A DNA stretch of 64,000 nucleotides from Gammaproteobacteria bacterium (GCA_019454675.1 JACFNV010000001.1:471-64470), one strand, 5' to 3'. Positions 49,141 through 58,692 are shown, counted from the first letter of the stretch. Program-made: numbers and translations. The notes: generated by a model not told the origin, from the sequence alone.

Positions 49141-50034
49141 ATGCAGGGCATGAACAAGCCCGCGGCAAGGCTCCATCAGAGCGGCAGGAAACACGAGAGC
49201 GACTGGCCGGGACTGGTCCTCGCCGCCTGCCGACTCATCGAGGCGGCGGATGACGAGGCCAATCTTGGCAGCATCCTGGAAACCCTCGGAGTCGGCGCGG
49301 CCGGCTTGCGCCGCCAGTTCCGCGCGCGGCTCGGCATCACGCCCGGTGCCTACCTGCAGGCGCTGCGCCTGGAGCGCCTGGTGCGTCGCCTCAACCACGA
49401 ACCCGATGTGCTCGCGGCCGTGCTGGGGGCTGGCTTCCAGTCCTCCACGCGCGCCTACGCCACGGTGCGCAAGGCCACCGGCCTGTCCCCCGGCCGGCTG
49501 CGCGACAGCCCGCGCATCGGCTGGTGGCTCGGCCTCTCGGAGCTGGGCTGGATGCTGATGGCGGCAACCCCCGCGGGCATCTGCTGGCTTGCCTTCGGCA
49601 GCTCGGCCCGCGAGCTGCTCGGCGGGCTGGCCGCCGCCTTTCCGCAGGCGCAGTGGATCGACGATAGCGCACGCCTGCACGGCTGGTTCGAGCGGGTGCG
49701 CGAACACCTCCTGTTGCCCGCCGCCGCCCTCGACCTGCCGCTCGACATCCGCGGCACCGCCTTCCAGGCACGGGTCTGGCAGGCGCTGCGCGACATCCCG
49801 CTGGGCGAGACCTGCAGCTATGGCGAGCTGGCGGGACGGCTGGGCAAGCCCAGCGCCACCCGGGCGGTGGCCGCCGCCTGCGGTGCCAACCGGGTGGCGG
49901 TGCTGATTCCCTGCCATCGGGTGATCGGTGCCGATGGCTCGGTCACCGGCTACCGTTGGGGCATCGCCCGCAAGCAGCAGCTCCTCGCACGCGAGCGGGA
50001 GGCCGCCGACGGACAGCCGGCGCAGTCTTCCTAG
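49141..50034 (+). CDS. Methylated-DNA-protein-cysteine methyltransferase with AraC-type HTH (Ada-like, lacks Zn domain)
   Basis: R-F---LGITP--Y, LDIRGTAFQ-RVWQAL, SYG-LA, RAVA-AC-AN, IPCHRVIG. Confidence 0.88.
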   Translation: MQGMNKPAARLHQSGRKHESDWPGLVLAACRLIEAADDEANLGSILETLGVGAAGLRRQFRARLGITPGAYLQALRLERLVRRLNHEPDVLAAVLGAGFQSSTRAYATVRKATGLSPGRLRDSPRIGWWLGLSELGWMLMAATPAGICWLAFGSSARELLGGLAAAFPQAQWIDDSARLHGWFERVREHLLLPAAALDLPLDIRGTAFQARVWQALRDIPLGETCSYGELAGRLGKPSATRAVAAACGANRVAVLIPCHRVIGADGSVTGYRWGIARKQQLLAREREAADGQPAQSS

Positions 50035-52661
50035 AGGGCGAGCTCCACGGCGGGTTCGCGCAGGTTGTAGCGCGAGCTCATCACGTAGCCGTAGGCGCCG
50101 GCATTGGCGATCGCCAGCACATCGCCCTCCCGGCAGGGCGGCAGCAGGCGATCGGCACCCAAGCGATCACCGGTCTCGCAATTCGGCCCGACGACATCCA
50201 CCGTCTCGGCCGGTGGCTCGCCCCAGCGCGAAAGATTGGCGATCTCGTGGTAGGCGCCGTAGAGCGCCGGCCGGATCAGCGAATTCATGCCCGTGCTGAC
50301 CCCGACGTAGTGCATGTCGCCCTTGCCCTTGGTCTGCGTCACCGTGGTGAGCAGCACGCCCGCCTCGGCGATCAGGTAGCGACCCGGCTCCAGCCAGAGC
50401 TCGTAGGCGGGCCAGGCCTTGCGTACCTCCTGCAGGCTGGCACCGAGCGCGGCGAGATCGAGGCGCCTGCCATCGCGCCTCTCGGGCACCCCGAGCCCGC
50501 CGCCGAGGTCGAGGAAGCGCAGGTGCGGGAAGTCGCTGGCCGCGGCACCGAGGATGCGCGCCACCTGCTGCCAGTTGTCGGGGCTGAGGATGCCGCTGCC
50601 GGTATGGGCATGCAGGCCCACCACCCGTGCCCCGGCACGCTCGATCAGCTCGCGGGCCTCGGCCAGCTCGAACAGCGGGATGCCGAACTTGGAGTGCAGG
50701 CCCGCGGTGCGCACGTGCTCGTGGTGCCCGTGCCCCTCGCCGGTGTCGATGCGCAGGAAGATCTCCCTGCCTGCGAACATCCCGGCCCATTCGCGCAGCG
50801 GAAAGATGTTGTCGAGCGTCAGCCACACGCCCTGCTCCAGCCCGAAGGCGTACTCGGCGCGCGGCGCAAAGTTGGGGGTGAAGAGGATGCGCCGGCGGTC
50901 GATGCCGGGAAACAGCTCGAGCACGCGGCGAATCTCGCCCGGCGAAACGCATTCGAAGCCGAGCCCCGCCTCGTGCACCACCTGCAGCACCCGGGGGTTG
51001 CTGTTGGCCTTCATGGCGAACAGCAGCCTGCCGAGGGCGGGCATCGCCTGCAGCCTGGCGATGGCCTCGCGCACGGTCTGCAGGTCGTAGACATAGGCCG
51101 AGGCGTGCTCTTCCGCCAGCGCGATCAGTTCGCGGCGGCGCCTCGCCCACCAGGGCTCGGGCAGGGCCTCGCCATCCGTCCTGCCCTCGCGCAGCTCCTG
51201 CCAGGTGGGGCCGAAGACGGCATCCTCGCGCGTCGGCGGCACCAGCAGTTCATGCAGGGTCTGGATCACCCGGCGCGACTGGCCCTCCTCGACCACGATG
51301 CTCAGGTTGAGGTCGCTGGCCGCCTGGCTGACGAGATGGATGCGCAGCTCCTGGAATGCCTCGAAGGCGGAACCCAGCTTGTGCAGCACCGAGCGTATCT
51401 TCTGCCCGACGAGGCTGACCACCTCGACGTTCTCGATGATTTTCACCCGGCACAGCTTCTCGAGGGATGCGCGCAGGGCGGCCAGCACACCGGCATCCAG
51501 CGCGTTGGCGCCCGGATCCAGGGTCACCGTCACGTTGCTCTCCGAGGTGGAGACCAGGTCGATGGACAGCCCGAGTTCGCTGAAGCAGCCAAAGGCGCTG
51601 GCGAGGAAGCCCGCTTCCTGCCACATGCCCAGCGTTTCCATCGAGACCAGCGTGACGCGGACGCGGCTGGAGATGGCCTTGACCTGTGGCGTGCTGCTGC
51701 CTGGATCACGGCTGACGAGCGTGCCGGGCAGCCGTGGCCGGGTGGTGTCCTTGACCCGCAGCGGGATGGCGTGCCGGCGCAGCGGCGCCAGGCAGCGCGG
51801 ATGCAGCACCGAGCCGCCCATGGAGGCGATTTCCTGCGCCTCCGCATAGCTCAGCACCCGCAGCAGGCGCGCACCATGCACGGTGCGCGGGTTGGCGCTG
51901 AACATGCCGGGCACGTCGGTCCAGATCTCGAGCCCGGCTGCCGCCAGCTTGGCCGCCAGGTAGGCACCCGAGATATCCGAGCCACCACGCCCGAGGATCA
52001 CGGTCTCCCCCGCCTCGTTGCCGGCGATGAAACCCTGGGTCAGCACGACGCCCCGGGCCTCCCGGCAGGCCTGCTGCACCGCCGGGTCGACATCGAATGC
52101 GCAGCGCGCATTGATGAAGCGTGCGCGCAGGGTGGCATGCGGCTGCTCGACGGCGCGCAGCAGGCGGCGCGCATCCAGCCAGGTCGTCTCCAGCCCGCGC
52201 GAACACAGCCAGGCCGCGCCCAGGGTGGTGGACATCAGCTCGCCCATGGCCATGGCACGCGCATGCAGCCGCGGCGTGACCTCGCCGGTGAGGCGCATGC
52301 CGGCAAACAGCTGCGCGAGCTCGGCCAGGTAGCCGCCGATCAGCGCCGGGCCATCGACACCCATTTCACGGGCCAGCTCCAGGTGCGCCGCCTCGATGGC
52401 GGAGAGCTGCTCGTCGACATCCTCGCGGCCGACCCTGGCAAGCGCGTCCTGGATGCGGTTGGAAACCCCCGCCAGCGCCGAGTGGACCACGATCGGCCGG
52501 TATCCGGCGGCGATGCGCTCGACCAGCAGTTCATGGATGCCGGCCCAGTTGCGGGCGCTGGCCACGCTGGTGCCGCCGAACTTGAGCACGATCCACGGGG
52601 CATCGTGCAGCGGCGTGCCGCTCGGCAGGCTGGGAAAGGTGTCGGCATCCAGTGTCGTCAT
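50031..52661 (-). CDS. lysAC: Bifunctional aspartate kinase / diaminopimelate decarboxylase (LysC-LysA fusion)
   Basis: LKFGGTSV, LGRGGSD, WTDVPG, two ACT-like domains, FAMKAN (PLP Lys), HTGSG, DLGGG, EPGRY, GPNCETGD. Confidence 0.94.
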   Translation of the reverse strand: MTTLDADTFPSLPSGTPLHDAPWIVLKFGGTSVASARNWAGIHELLVERIAAGYRPIVVHSALAGVSNRIQDALARVGREDVDEQLSAIEAAHLELAREMGVDGPALIGGYLAELAQLFAGMRLTGEVTPRLHARAMAMGELMSTTLGAAWLCSRGLETTWLDARRLLRAVEQPHATLRARFINARCAFDVDPAVQQACREARGVVLTQGFIAGNEAGETVILGRGGSDISGAYLAAKLAAAGLEIWTDVPGMFSANPRTVHGARLLRVLSYAEAQEIASMGGSVLHPRCLAPLRRHAIPLRVKDTTRPRLPGTLVSRDPGSSTPQVKAISSRVRVTLVSMETLGMWQEAGFLASAFGCFSELGLSIDLVSTSESNVTVTLDPGANALDAGVLAALRASLEKLCRVKIIENVEVVSLVGQKIRSVLHKLGSAFEAFQELRIHLVSQAASDLNLSIVVEEGQSRRVIQTLHELLVPPTREDAVFGPTWQELREGRTDGEALPEPWWARRRRELIALAEEHASAYVYDLQTVREAIARLQAMPALGRLLFAMKANSNPRVLQVVHEAGLGFECVSPGEIRRVLELFPGIDRRRILFTPNFAPRAEYAFGLEQGVWLTLDNIFPLREWAGMFAGREIFLRIDTGEGHGHHEHVRTAGLHSKFGIPLFELAEARELIERAGARVVGLHAHTGSGILSPDNWQQVARILGAAASDFPHLRFLDLGGGLGVPERRDGRRLDLAALGASLQEVRKAWPAYELWLEPGRYLIAEAGVLLTTVTQTKGKGDMHYVGVSTGMNSLIRPALYGAYHEIANLSRWGEPPAETVDVVGPNCETGDRLGADRLLPPCREGDVLAIANAGAYGYVMSSRYNLREPAVELAL

Positions 52662-52707
52662 GGCTCATCTTCCTGTATCGCTGCGGGCCCGGCGCAGGCC
52701 CACATGC

Positions 52708-52741
52708 AAAAAGCCCGCTCCGGTCGTACCGTTGCGGGCTT
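52708..52741 (-). terminator. Attenuator terminator upstream of lysAC
   Basis: Minus strand AAGCCCGC-aa-CGGT-acg-ACCG-ga-GCGGGCTT followed by TTT, about 47 nt before the lysAC ATG. Confidence 0.8.
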
Positions 52742-52773
52742 GGCTTGGGTGGCTTCTGGAACCCGGCCTGCGC

Positions 52774-52857
52774 TCAGGCGCCGGCACCCCCGCAACACGG
52801 TGCCAAGGCCCGGTCGACCTTGCGCTTGGGCATCGGCTGGATGGGGGTGCGGAACAT
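52774..52857 (-). CDS. Putative attenuator leader peptide MFRTPIQPMPKRKVDRALAPCCGGAGA
   Basis: 27-codon uORF ending 32 nt before the terminator; contains sequences complementary to the terminator 5' arm. Confidence 0.65.
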   Translation of the reverse strand: MFRTPIQPMPKRKVDRALAPCCGGAGA

Positions 52858-52865
52858 GGGGCGCA

Positions 52866-52894
52866 AGTAAAACCGAAGCATGCCGGGCGGTCAA
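52866..52894 (-). promoter_or_regulatory. Candidate sigma70 promoter for the lysAC leader
   Basis: TTGACC-17 nt-TTTACT, 8 nt upstream of the leader ATG; -35 overlaps the ilvD stop. Confidence 0.55.
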
Positions 52895-54594
52895 GCGCCC
52901 GGTTCGCCGGTGGTGACCGCCCCCCGCGAGGCCGAGCTGACCAGCTTCGCATACTTGGTCAGGACGCCCCGCTGGACCGCTGCCACCGGGGCGCTCCAGG
53001 CCGCACGGCGCCGCTCGAGCTCGCCATCGGCCACCTTCAGCGTGATGGTGCGCTCCACTGCATCGATGGTGATGGCATCGCCATCCTCCACCAGCGCCAG
53101 CGGGCCGCCGACCGCCGCCTCGGGCGTGACGTGGCCCACCACGAAACCATGGCTGCCACCCGAGAAGCGCCCGTCGGTGATCAGCGCCACCTTGTCGCCG
53201 AGGTTGCGGCCCATGATGGCGGCGGTCGGGCTGAGCATCTCGCGCATGCCGGGGCCGCCCCGGGGCCCCTCGTAGCGGATCACGACCACATCGCCCGCCA
53301 CCACCGTGCCGGCGAGGATTGCCTCGAGCGCCAGCTCCTCCGAGCCGTAGACGCGTGCCTTGCCGGTGAAGCTGAGGCCCTCCTTGCCGGTGATCTTGGC
53401 CACCGCGCCACCGGGGGCGAGGTTGCCGTAGAGCACGACCAGGTGGCTGTCCTTTTTGATCGGGTCATCGAGCCCGTGGATGATGTCCTGGCCCTTGGGG
53501 TAGGGCTGCACGCCGGCCAGGTTCTCGGCCAGCGTCCTGCCGGTGACGGTGAGGCAGTCGCCATGCAGCATGCCGGCATCGAGCAGCATCTTCATCAGCG
53601 GCTGGATGCCGCCGATGGCCACCAGCTCGGACATGGCGTAGCGCCCGCTGGGGCGCAGGTCGGCCAGCACCGGCACCCGCTTGCCGATGCGCGTGAAGTC
53701 ATCGAGGCCAAGCTCGATGCCCGCCTCGTGGGCGATCGCCAGCAGGTGCAGCACCGCGTTGGTGGAACCGCCGAGCGCGATCACCAACGTGATGGCATTT
53801 TCGAAGGCCTTGCGGCTGAGGATGTCCGATGGGCGGATGCCCCGGCGCAGGAGTTCGACCACCGCTGCCCCGGCACGCCGGCAATCCTCGTGCTTGTGGC
53901 TGGAGACGGCCTCCTGCGCCGAACTATCGGGCAGCGAGAGCCCCAGCGCCTCGATGGCCGAGGCCATGGTGTTGGCGGTGTACATGCCGCCGCAGGAGCC
54001 CGGCCCCGGGATGGCCGTGCGCTCCACATCGAGCAGCTGCGCCTCGCTCATGCAGTCGCAGGCCACCGCACCGACCGCCTCGAAGACCGAGACGATGTCG
54101 CGGCGCTGCGCACCCGGCTTGATGGTGCCGCCATAGACGAACACCGAGGGGCGATCGAGACGCACCATGGCCATCACGCAGGCGGGCATGTTCTTGTCGC
54201 AGCCGCCGATGGTGACGAAGCCGTCGAAGCCCTCGGCACCCACCACGGTCTCGATGGAATCGGCGATCACCTCGCGCGACACCAGCGAGTAGCGCATGCC
54301 GGGCGTGCCCATCGAGATGCCATCGGAAACGGTGATGGTGTTGAAGATCACCGCCTTGCCGCCCGCCTCGTCCGCCCCGCGGGCAGCCTCCCGGGCCAGC
54401 GTGTCGATGTGCATGTTGCAGGGCGTCACCATGCTCCAGGTCGAGGCGATGCCGATCTGGCTCTTCTTGAAATCTGCCTCGGTGAAGCCTACCGCCCGCA
54501 GCATGGCCCGGCTGGGGGCCTGGGCAACGCCATCGACGACCAAGCTGGAATAGCGGCGCTCTTCGCTGCCCGCCTTGGGATCCTTGTCAGACAT
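52891..54594 (-). CDS. ilvD: Dihydroxy-acid dehydratase
   Basis: [72 protein letters not shown]. Confidence 0.96.
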   Translation of the reverse strand: MSDKDPKAGSEERRYSSLVVDGVAQAPSRAMLRAVGFTEADFKKSQIGIASTWSMVTPCNMHIDTLAREAARGADEAGGKAVIFNTITVSDGISMGTPGMRYSLVSREVIADSIETVVGAEGFDGFVTIGGCDKNMPACVMAMVRLDRPSVFVYGGTIKPGAQRRDIVSVFEAVGAVACDCMSEAQLLDVERTAIPGPGSCGGMYTANTMASAIEALGLSLPDSSAQEAVSSHKHEDCRRAGAAVVELLRRGIRPSDILSRKAFENAITLVIALGGSTNAVLHLLAIAHEAGIELGLDDFTRIGKRVPVLADLRPSGRYAMSELVAIGGIQPLMKMLLDAGMLHGDCLTVTGRTLAENLAGVQPYPKGQDIIHGLDDPIKKDSHLVVLYGNLAPGGAVAKITGKEGLSFTGKARVYGSEELALEAILAGTVVAGDVVVIRYEGPRGGPGMREMLSPTAAIMGRNLGDKVALITDGRFSGGSHGFVVGHVTPEAAVGGPLALVEDGDAITIDAVERTITLKVADGELERRRAAWSAPVAAVQRGVLTKYAKLVSSASRGAVTTGEPGA

Positions 54595-54688
54595 GTCTTC
54601 GTTCCCGGGATTGCCGGCCGGATGCGCAATGACCCGGCCACGCGTGGAAAAGGGCACAGTTTAGCACCGCAGTGGCGGCACCCGGCCC

Positions 54689-56122
54689 TCAATCGCCGAG
54701 GATTTTCCCGGGATTCATGATGCCCGCGGGATCGATGGCCTGCTTGATGGCCTGCATCAGCTGCAGCTCCACGCCACCTCGATAGCGCCGCAGCTCGGGC
54801 ACCTTGAGCAGCCCGATGCCGTGCTCGGCGCTGAAGCTGCCGCCGAGTGCAACGGCCACGGCATTGACCTCGGCGGTCAGGCTCTCCCAGCAATCGAGGA
54901 AGCTTGCCGCTTCCATGCCCTCGGGCTGGCTGAGGTTGTAGTGGATGTTGCCATCGCCCACGTGGCCGAAGGCCACCACGCGGGTGCCGGGCAGGCTCTC
55001 GGCAACCCGCCGCCCTGCGAGCTCGAGAAAGGCCGCCACCTGCGATACCGGCACCGAAACATCGTTCTTGATGCTGGCACCACCCACGCGCTGTGCATCG
55101 GATACCGCGTGGCGCAGCATCCAGAGCGCCTCGCGTTGCGGGCCGCTGCGCGCGAGCACCCCGTCCAGCAGCAGCTCGGACTCCAGGCAATCCGCGAGGA
55201 AAGTCTCCAGGTCGGCCTCGACGCTCGCCTGGTCGCGTGCCGTCGCGATTTCCAGCAGCACATACCAGGGGGCAGGCTGCGCCAGCGGATCACGGGCAGC
55301 CGGCTGCCAGGCAAGCACGAAATCCAGCGCCTGGCGTCCCAGCAGCTCGAAGGCGATCAGCTCGTCGCCAAGCGCCAGGCGGGCACGGCTGTGCAGCGCG
55401 ATGGCAGCGGCCGGGTCGCGCAGCGCCACCAGCGCGGTGGCCACCCCGCGTGGCCGCGGATACAGCTTGCAGGTGGCTGCCGTGATGAAACCGAGCGTGC
55501 CCTCGGCGCCGATGAACAGCTGCTTGAGGTCGTAGCCGGTATTGTCCTTGCGCAGCGCACGCAGGCCATCGAAGACACGGCCATCGGGCAACACCACCTC
55601 GAGGCCCAGCACCAGCTCGCGCGCCGTGCCGTAACGCAGGACATTGGTGCCGCCGGCGTTGGTGGAGAGGTTGCCACCCAGCATGCAGCTGCCCTCGGAG
55701 GCAAGGCTCAGGGGAAAGAAGCGGTCGGCCTCCGCAGCCGCCGATTGCAGCGCCGCCAGTGCACAACCTGCCTCGGCGGTGATCGTGTAGTTGTCGGGAT
55801 CGAGCTCGCGGATCGCATGCATGCGCCGTGCGGAGAGCACGATCTGCGGGGCCTCCGCGGTGGAGCGGGCAACCGCACCGCCCACCAGGCCGGTGTTGCC
55901 GCCCTGTGGCACCACGCCGATGCCATGGCGGGCGCACAGGGCAATGACCGCAGCCGTCTCCGCCGTCGTGGCGGGCAGCAGGACCGCAGCCGCCACGCTT
56001 TCATAGCGATGCCGCCACTCCGCGAGGAAGGGCGCAAGCTCCGCCGGCTGGGTGAGGCAGGCATCGGCGCCGACGATGTCCCGCAGTTCCCGGAACGGGC
56101 GGGACTCAAGAAAAGTGGCCAT
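54689..56122 (-). CDS. FAD-binding oxidoreductase (D-2-hydroxyacid dehydrogenase / GlcD-like)
   Basis: VPQGGNTGLVGG, GGNLSTNAGG, RKDNTGYDLKQLFIGAEGTLG, FGHVGDGNIH, SAEHGIG. Confidence 0.92.
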   Translation of the reverse strand: MATFLESRPFRELRDIVGADACLTQPAELAPFLAEWRHRYESVAAAVLLPATTAETAAVIALCARHGIGVVPQGGNTGLVGGAVARSTAEAPQIVLSARRMHAIRELDPDNYTITAEAGCALAALQSAAAEADRFFPLSLASEGSCMLGGNLSTNAGGTNVLRYGTARELVLGLEVVLPDGRVFDGLRALRKDNTGYDLKQLFIGAEGTLGFITAATCKLYPRPRGVATALVALRDPAAAIALHSRARLALGDELIAFELLGRQALDFVLAWQPAARDPLAQPAPWYVLLEIATARDQASVEADLETFLADCLESELLLDGVLARSGPQREALWMLRHAVSDAQRVGGASIKNDVSVPVSQVAAFLELAGRRVAESLPGTRVVAFGHVGDGNIHYNLSQPEGMEAASFLDCWESLTAEVNAVAVALGGSFSAEHGIGLLKVPELRRYRGGVELQLMQAIKQAIDPAGIMNPGKILGD

Positions 56123-56238
56123 CTCGGGCTTCCGCCTCCGGGCGGCAGGCGGCGGCTTGCGCCGCCGATGACGAATGCAGTACGTTCCGTGGCAGCGCAT
56201 CTTAGTTCCCTGCGGGGCAGGTAGCCAGACTGGCCCGC

Positions 56239-57522
56239 ATGCGGTCTGTGAGCAAGCTGATGGATCAGACATGGCATGGCCGGACCACCCGGGGCGACAT
56301 CTCCAGGGAACTCGATGAAATGCTGACGGGCTCGAGCCTGAGCCTGCAGCAGCATGGCAGCCTGCGGGACCTCGACCGGCAACTGCACCAGCACTGGGGG
56401 CTCGGTCGCAACCTCGTCCTCGCCTGGTGCCCATCGGACAACGGCATCCTCGTGCTGCTGGTGCCGCACTATGCGCTGGCCGAATACGCAGCGGCCGCCC
56501 TCCCCGGCGAGACCGACTCCCGCCAGGCCTTCGTGACGCGCCTGCTCACGGGCTCGCGCCGCTTCTCCGCCCGCCAGCTCGGCAACGCGGCGAGGCTGCT
56601 CGGCACCGAGGTGGTATCCATCACCCTGCGCCGACCACTCGCGGATACCCCCGGCGAACAGCGCCTGGTCGAGCGCATCGTGGCGCGCTACGGGGTGAGC
56701 CTGGTACCGAGCCGGGCGGTGGCGCTGTTCGACATCGTCGGCTTCAGCCTGCTGCGACCCTTCGAGCAGATGACGCAGCTCAACAGCCTCACCTACTCGC
56801 TCAACTCCGCGCACAGCAAGCTGCTGGGCAGCCGGCTCAAGGTGGAGTTTGCCCGCTCGGGCACCGGCGATGGCTTCTACATCTGGAATCGCGGGGTCGG
56901 CGTCGAGGCCAACACCAATCTCTACCACCTGATGCACCTGGTGCTGGCGGACAATGCCATCGCCCGGCGCAAGGCCGCCGGCCGCACAGTGCCGCTGCTG
57001 CGTGCCTGCTTCCACGTCGGCAGCTGCTACGAATTCCACCATGCCGAGGGGCTCAATCCCACCCTGACCACCCAGGTCGTCGGCGATGTCACCATCGAGC
57101 TGGCGCGGATGATCGAGAATGCCCTGCCCGGCCAGATCCTCGTCGGCGATTTCCAGGCGCGCCTGCCGACCGACGAGGCGGCCACCAGCCCGCTGCTCGA
57201 CTTCGATGCCATCGGCTTCGTCGAGCACGCGCGCAACCGGCTGCTGCGCCTCAACGGCCTCGAGCTGGCGGGAGAGGCCATCGAATCGATCCGCTGCTAC
57301 CTCACCGGGCATGCCAGGGCGGATGGCAGCTTCACCATCCGGCGGCTGGCCCTCAGCGACAAGCACGGGCTGACCCACGGCGCCTTCAACGCCAAGCTCA
57401 ACATCTACCGGCGGGGCGCGGCCGAACCGATCCTGCTCGGCATCGAGGACCGCCACCTGCGCGGCGATGATCCGCCGCTGCCGACCGCAGGCCATATCAT
57501 GCCTCCGGATGCCCGCCATTGA
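56239..57522 (+). CDS. Divergent class III nucleotide-cyclase-like protein
   Basis: AVALFDIVGFS (Asp1), TGDGF (Asp2), LRACFHVG, VVGDVTIELAR, A-PGQILV; uncharacterised N-terminal region of about 150 aa. Confidence 0.7.
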   Translation: MRSVSKLMDQTWHGRTTRGDISRELDEMLTGSSLSLQQHGSLRDLDRQLHQHWGLGRNLVLAWCPSDNGILVLLVPHYALAEYAAAALPGETDSRQAFVTRLLTGSRRFSARQLGNAARLLGTEVVSITLRRPLADTPGEQRLVERIVARYGVSLVPSRAVALFDIVGFSLLRPFEQMTQLNSLTYSLNSAHSKLLGSRLKVEFARSGTGDGFYIWNRGVGVEANTNLYHLMHLVLADNAIARRKAAGRTVPLLRACFHVGSCYEFHHAEGLNPTLTTQVVGDVTIELARMIENALPGQILVGDFQARLPTDEAATSPLLDFDAIGFVEHARNRLLRLNGLELAGEAIESIRCYLTGHARADGSFTIRRLALSDKHGLTHGAFNAKLNIYRRGAAEPILLGIEDRHLRGDDPPLPTAGHIMPPDARH

Positions 57523-58577
57523 GTGCGGGCGACTTCCTGCGCTACGGCGCGCTGGCGCTGCAACTCACCACCTGCTCGGTGGGCCACCTGTCCGACCCGC
57601 GGCAGGCACGCGCACGGATCCTGCAGAACATCGCGCGGATCGCCCAGCGCATCGGCGCCATCCTCGAGGCGGGCGACGGCGGCTCTGCCCTGCCCCTGCG
57701 GCTCATCGTGCTACCCGAGTACTCGCTGAGCGGCTCGCCCACGCCGGGCGTCTTTGCCAACTGGCGCCGGCTGGCGGCACTCGAGCCCGCCGGCGCGGAA
57801 TACGAGGCGCTTGCCGCCATCGCGCAGCGCCACGGCCTGTACCTCGGCGGCAATGCCTACGAGGCCGATCCGGCCTTCCCCGATCTCTACTTCCAGGCCT
57901 GCTTCCTGTTCGCCCCCTCGGGCCAGCAGGTATTGCGCTACCGGCGACTGATCTCGCTGTACTCGCCCTCCCCCTACGATGTCCTCGAGCGATACCTGGC
58001 GATCCACGGGCGCGAGTCGCTGTTTCCCGTTGCCGATACCGACATCGGGCGGGTCGCGGCGATTGCCTCGGAGGAAATCCTCTATCCGGAAATCGCGCGT
58101 TGCCACGCCATGCGCGGTGCCGAGCTGTTCATCCATTCGACCAGCGAGATGGGCAGCCCGCTGCCCACCGCCAAGGACGTCGCCAAGCGCGCCCGGGCCG
58201 CCGAGAACCTCGCCTACGTGGTATCCGCCAACACCGCCGGGGTGGAGAACACCTCGCTGCCGGCATGTTCCTCGACCGGCATGTCGAAGATCGTGGATTA
58301 CGAGGGGCAGGTCATCGCCGCAGCCCCGGGCGGCGGCGAGAGCCATGCCGCCCTGGCCGAGGTCGACCTCGCGGCGCTGCGCGCCAGGCGCCGGCAGGGC
58401 GGGCTCGGCAACCCGCTGGTGCGCCAGCCACTGCAGGCCTATGCAGAAAGCTATCGCCAGGCGCCCTTCCATGCTGCCGGCCAGCTCGAGGCAGCGGATG
58501 CAAGATCCGAGACGGCCACCTTGCGCGAGACCCAGCTGCGCAATATCGAGCGATTGGCGCGGCTTGGGCTGATCTGA
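57519..58577 (+). CDS. Nitrilase/carbon-nitrogen hydrolase-fold protein with non-canonical catalytic residues
   Basis: LIVLPEY, LRYRRL, FPVA-T-IG, IASEEILYPE--R---RGAE, RA-EN--YV-S-N, G-S-I-D--G; TTG start overlapping upstream TGA. Confidence 0.82.
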   Translation: MSAGDFLRYGALALQLTTCSVGHLSDPRQARARILQNIARIAQRIGAILEAGDGGSALPLRLIVLPEYSLSGSPTPGVFANWRRLAALEPAGAEYEALAAIAQRHGLYLGGNAYEADPAFPDLYFQACFLFAPSGQQVLRYRRLISLYSPSPYDVLERYLAIHGRESLFPVADTDIGRVAAIASEEILYPEIARCHAMRGAELFIHSTSEMGSPLPTAKDVAKRARAAENLAYVVSANTAGVENTSLPACSSTGMSKIVDYEGQVIAAAPGGGESHAALAEVDLAALRARRRQGGLGNPLVRQPLQAYAESYRQAPFHAAGQLEAADARSETATLRETQLRNIERLARLGLI

Positions 58578-58692
58578 AGGCAATCACGCCGCGTCATGCG
58601 GGCGAGCCCGGGGAGGCGATACCCCAGGGCACCGCCATCAACAAGCACCCCGGCAACAAACGCCCGCAGCCGGGGCACTGGCCACCGCGCCG

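Noticed and set aside
52662-52890. Lysine riboswitch upstream of lysAC
   Set aside because: I could not recognise its conserved motifs; the region is fully explained by promoter, uORF and terminator
56239-58577. Calling the cyclase locus a Pycsar/CBASS defence system
   Set aside because: No 2TM, TIR or nuclease effector and no defence-island context; kept only as a hypothesis
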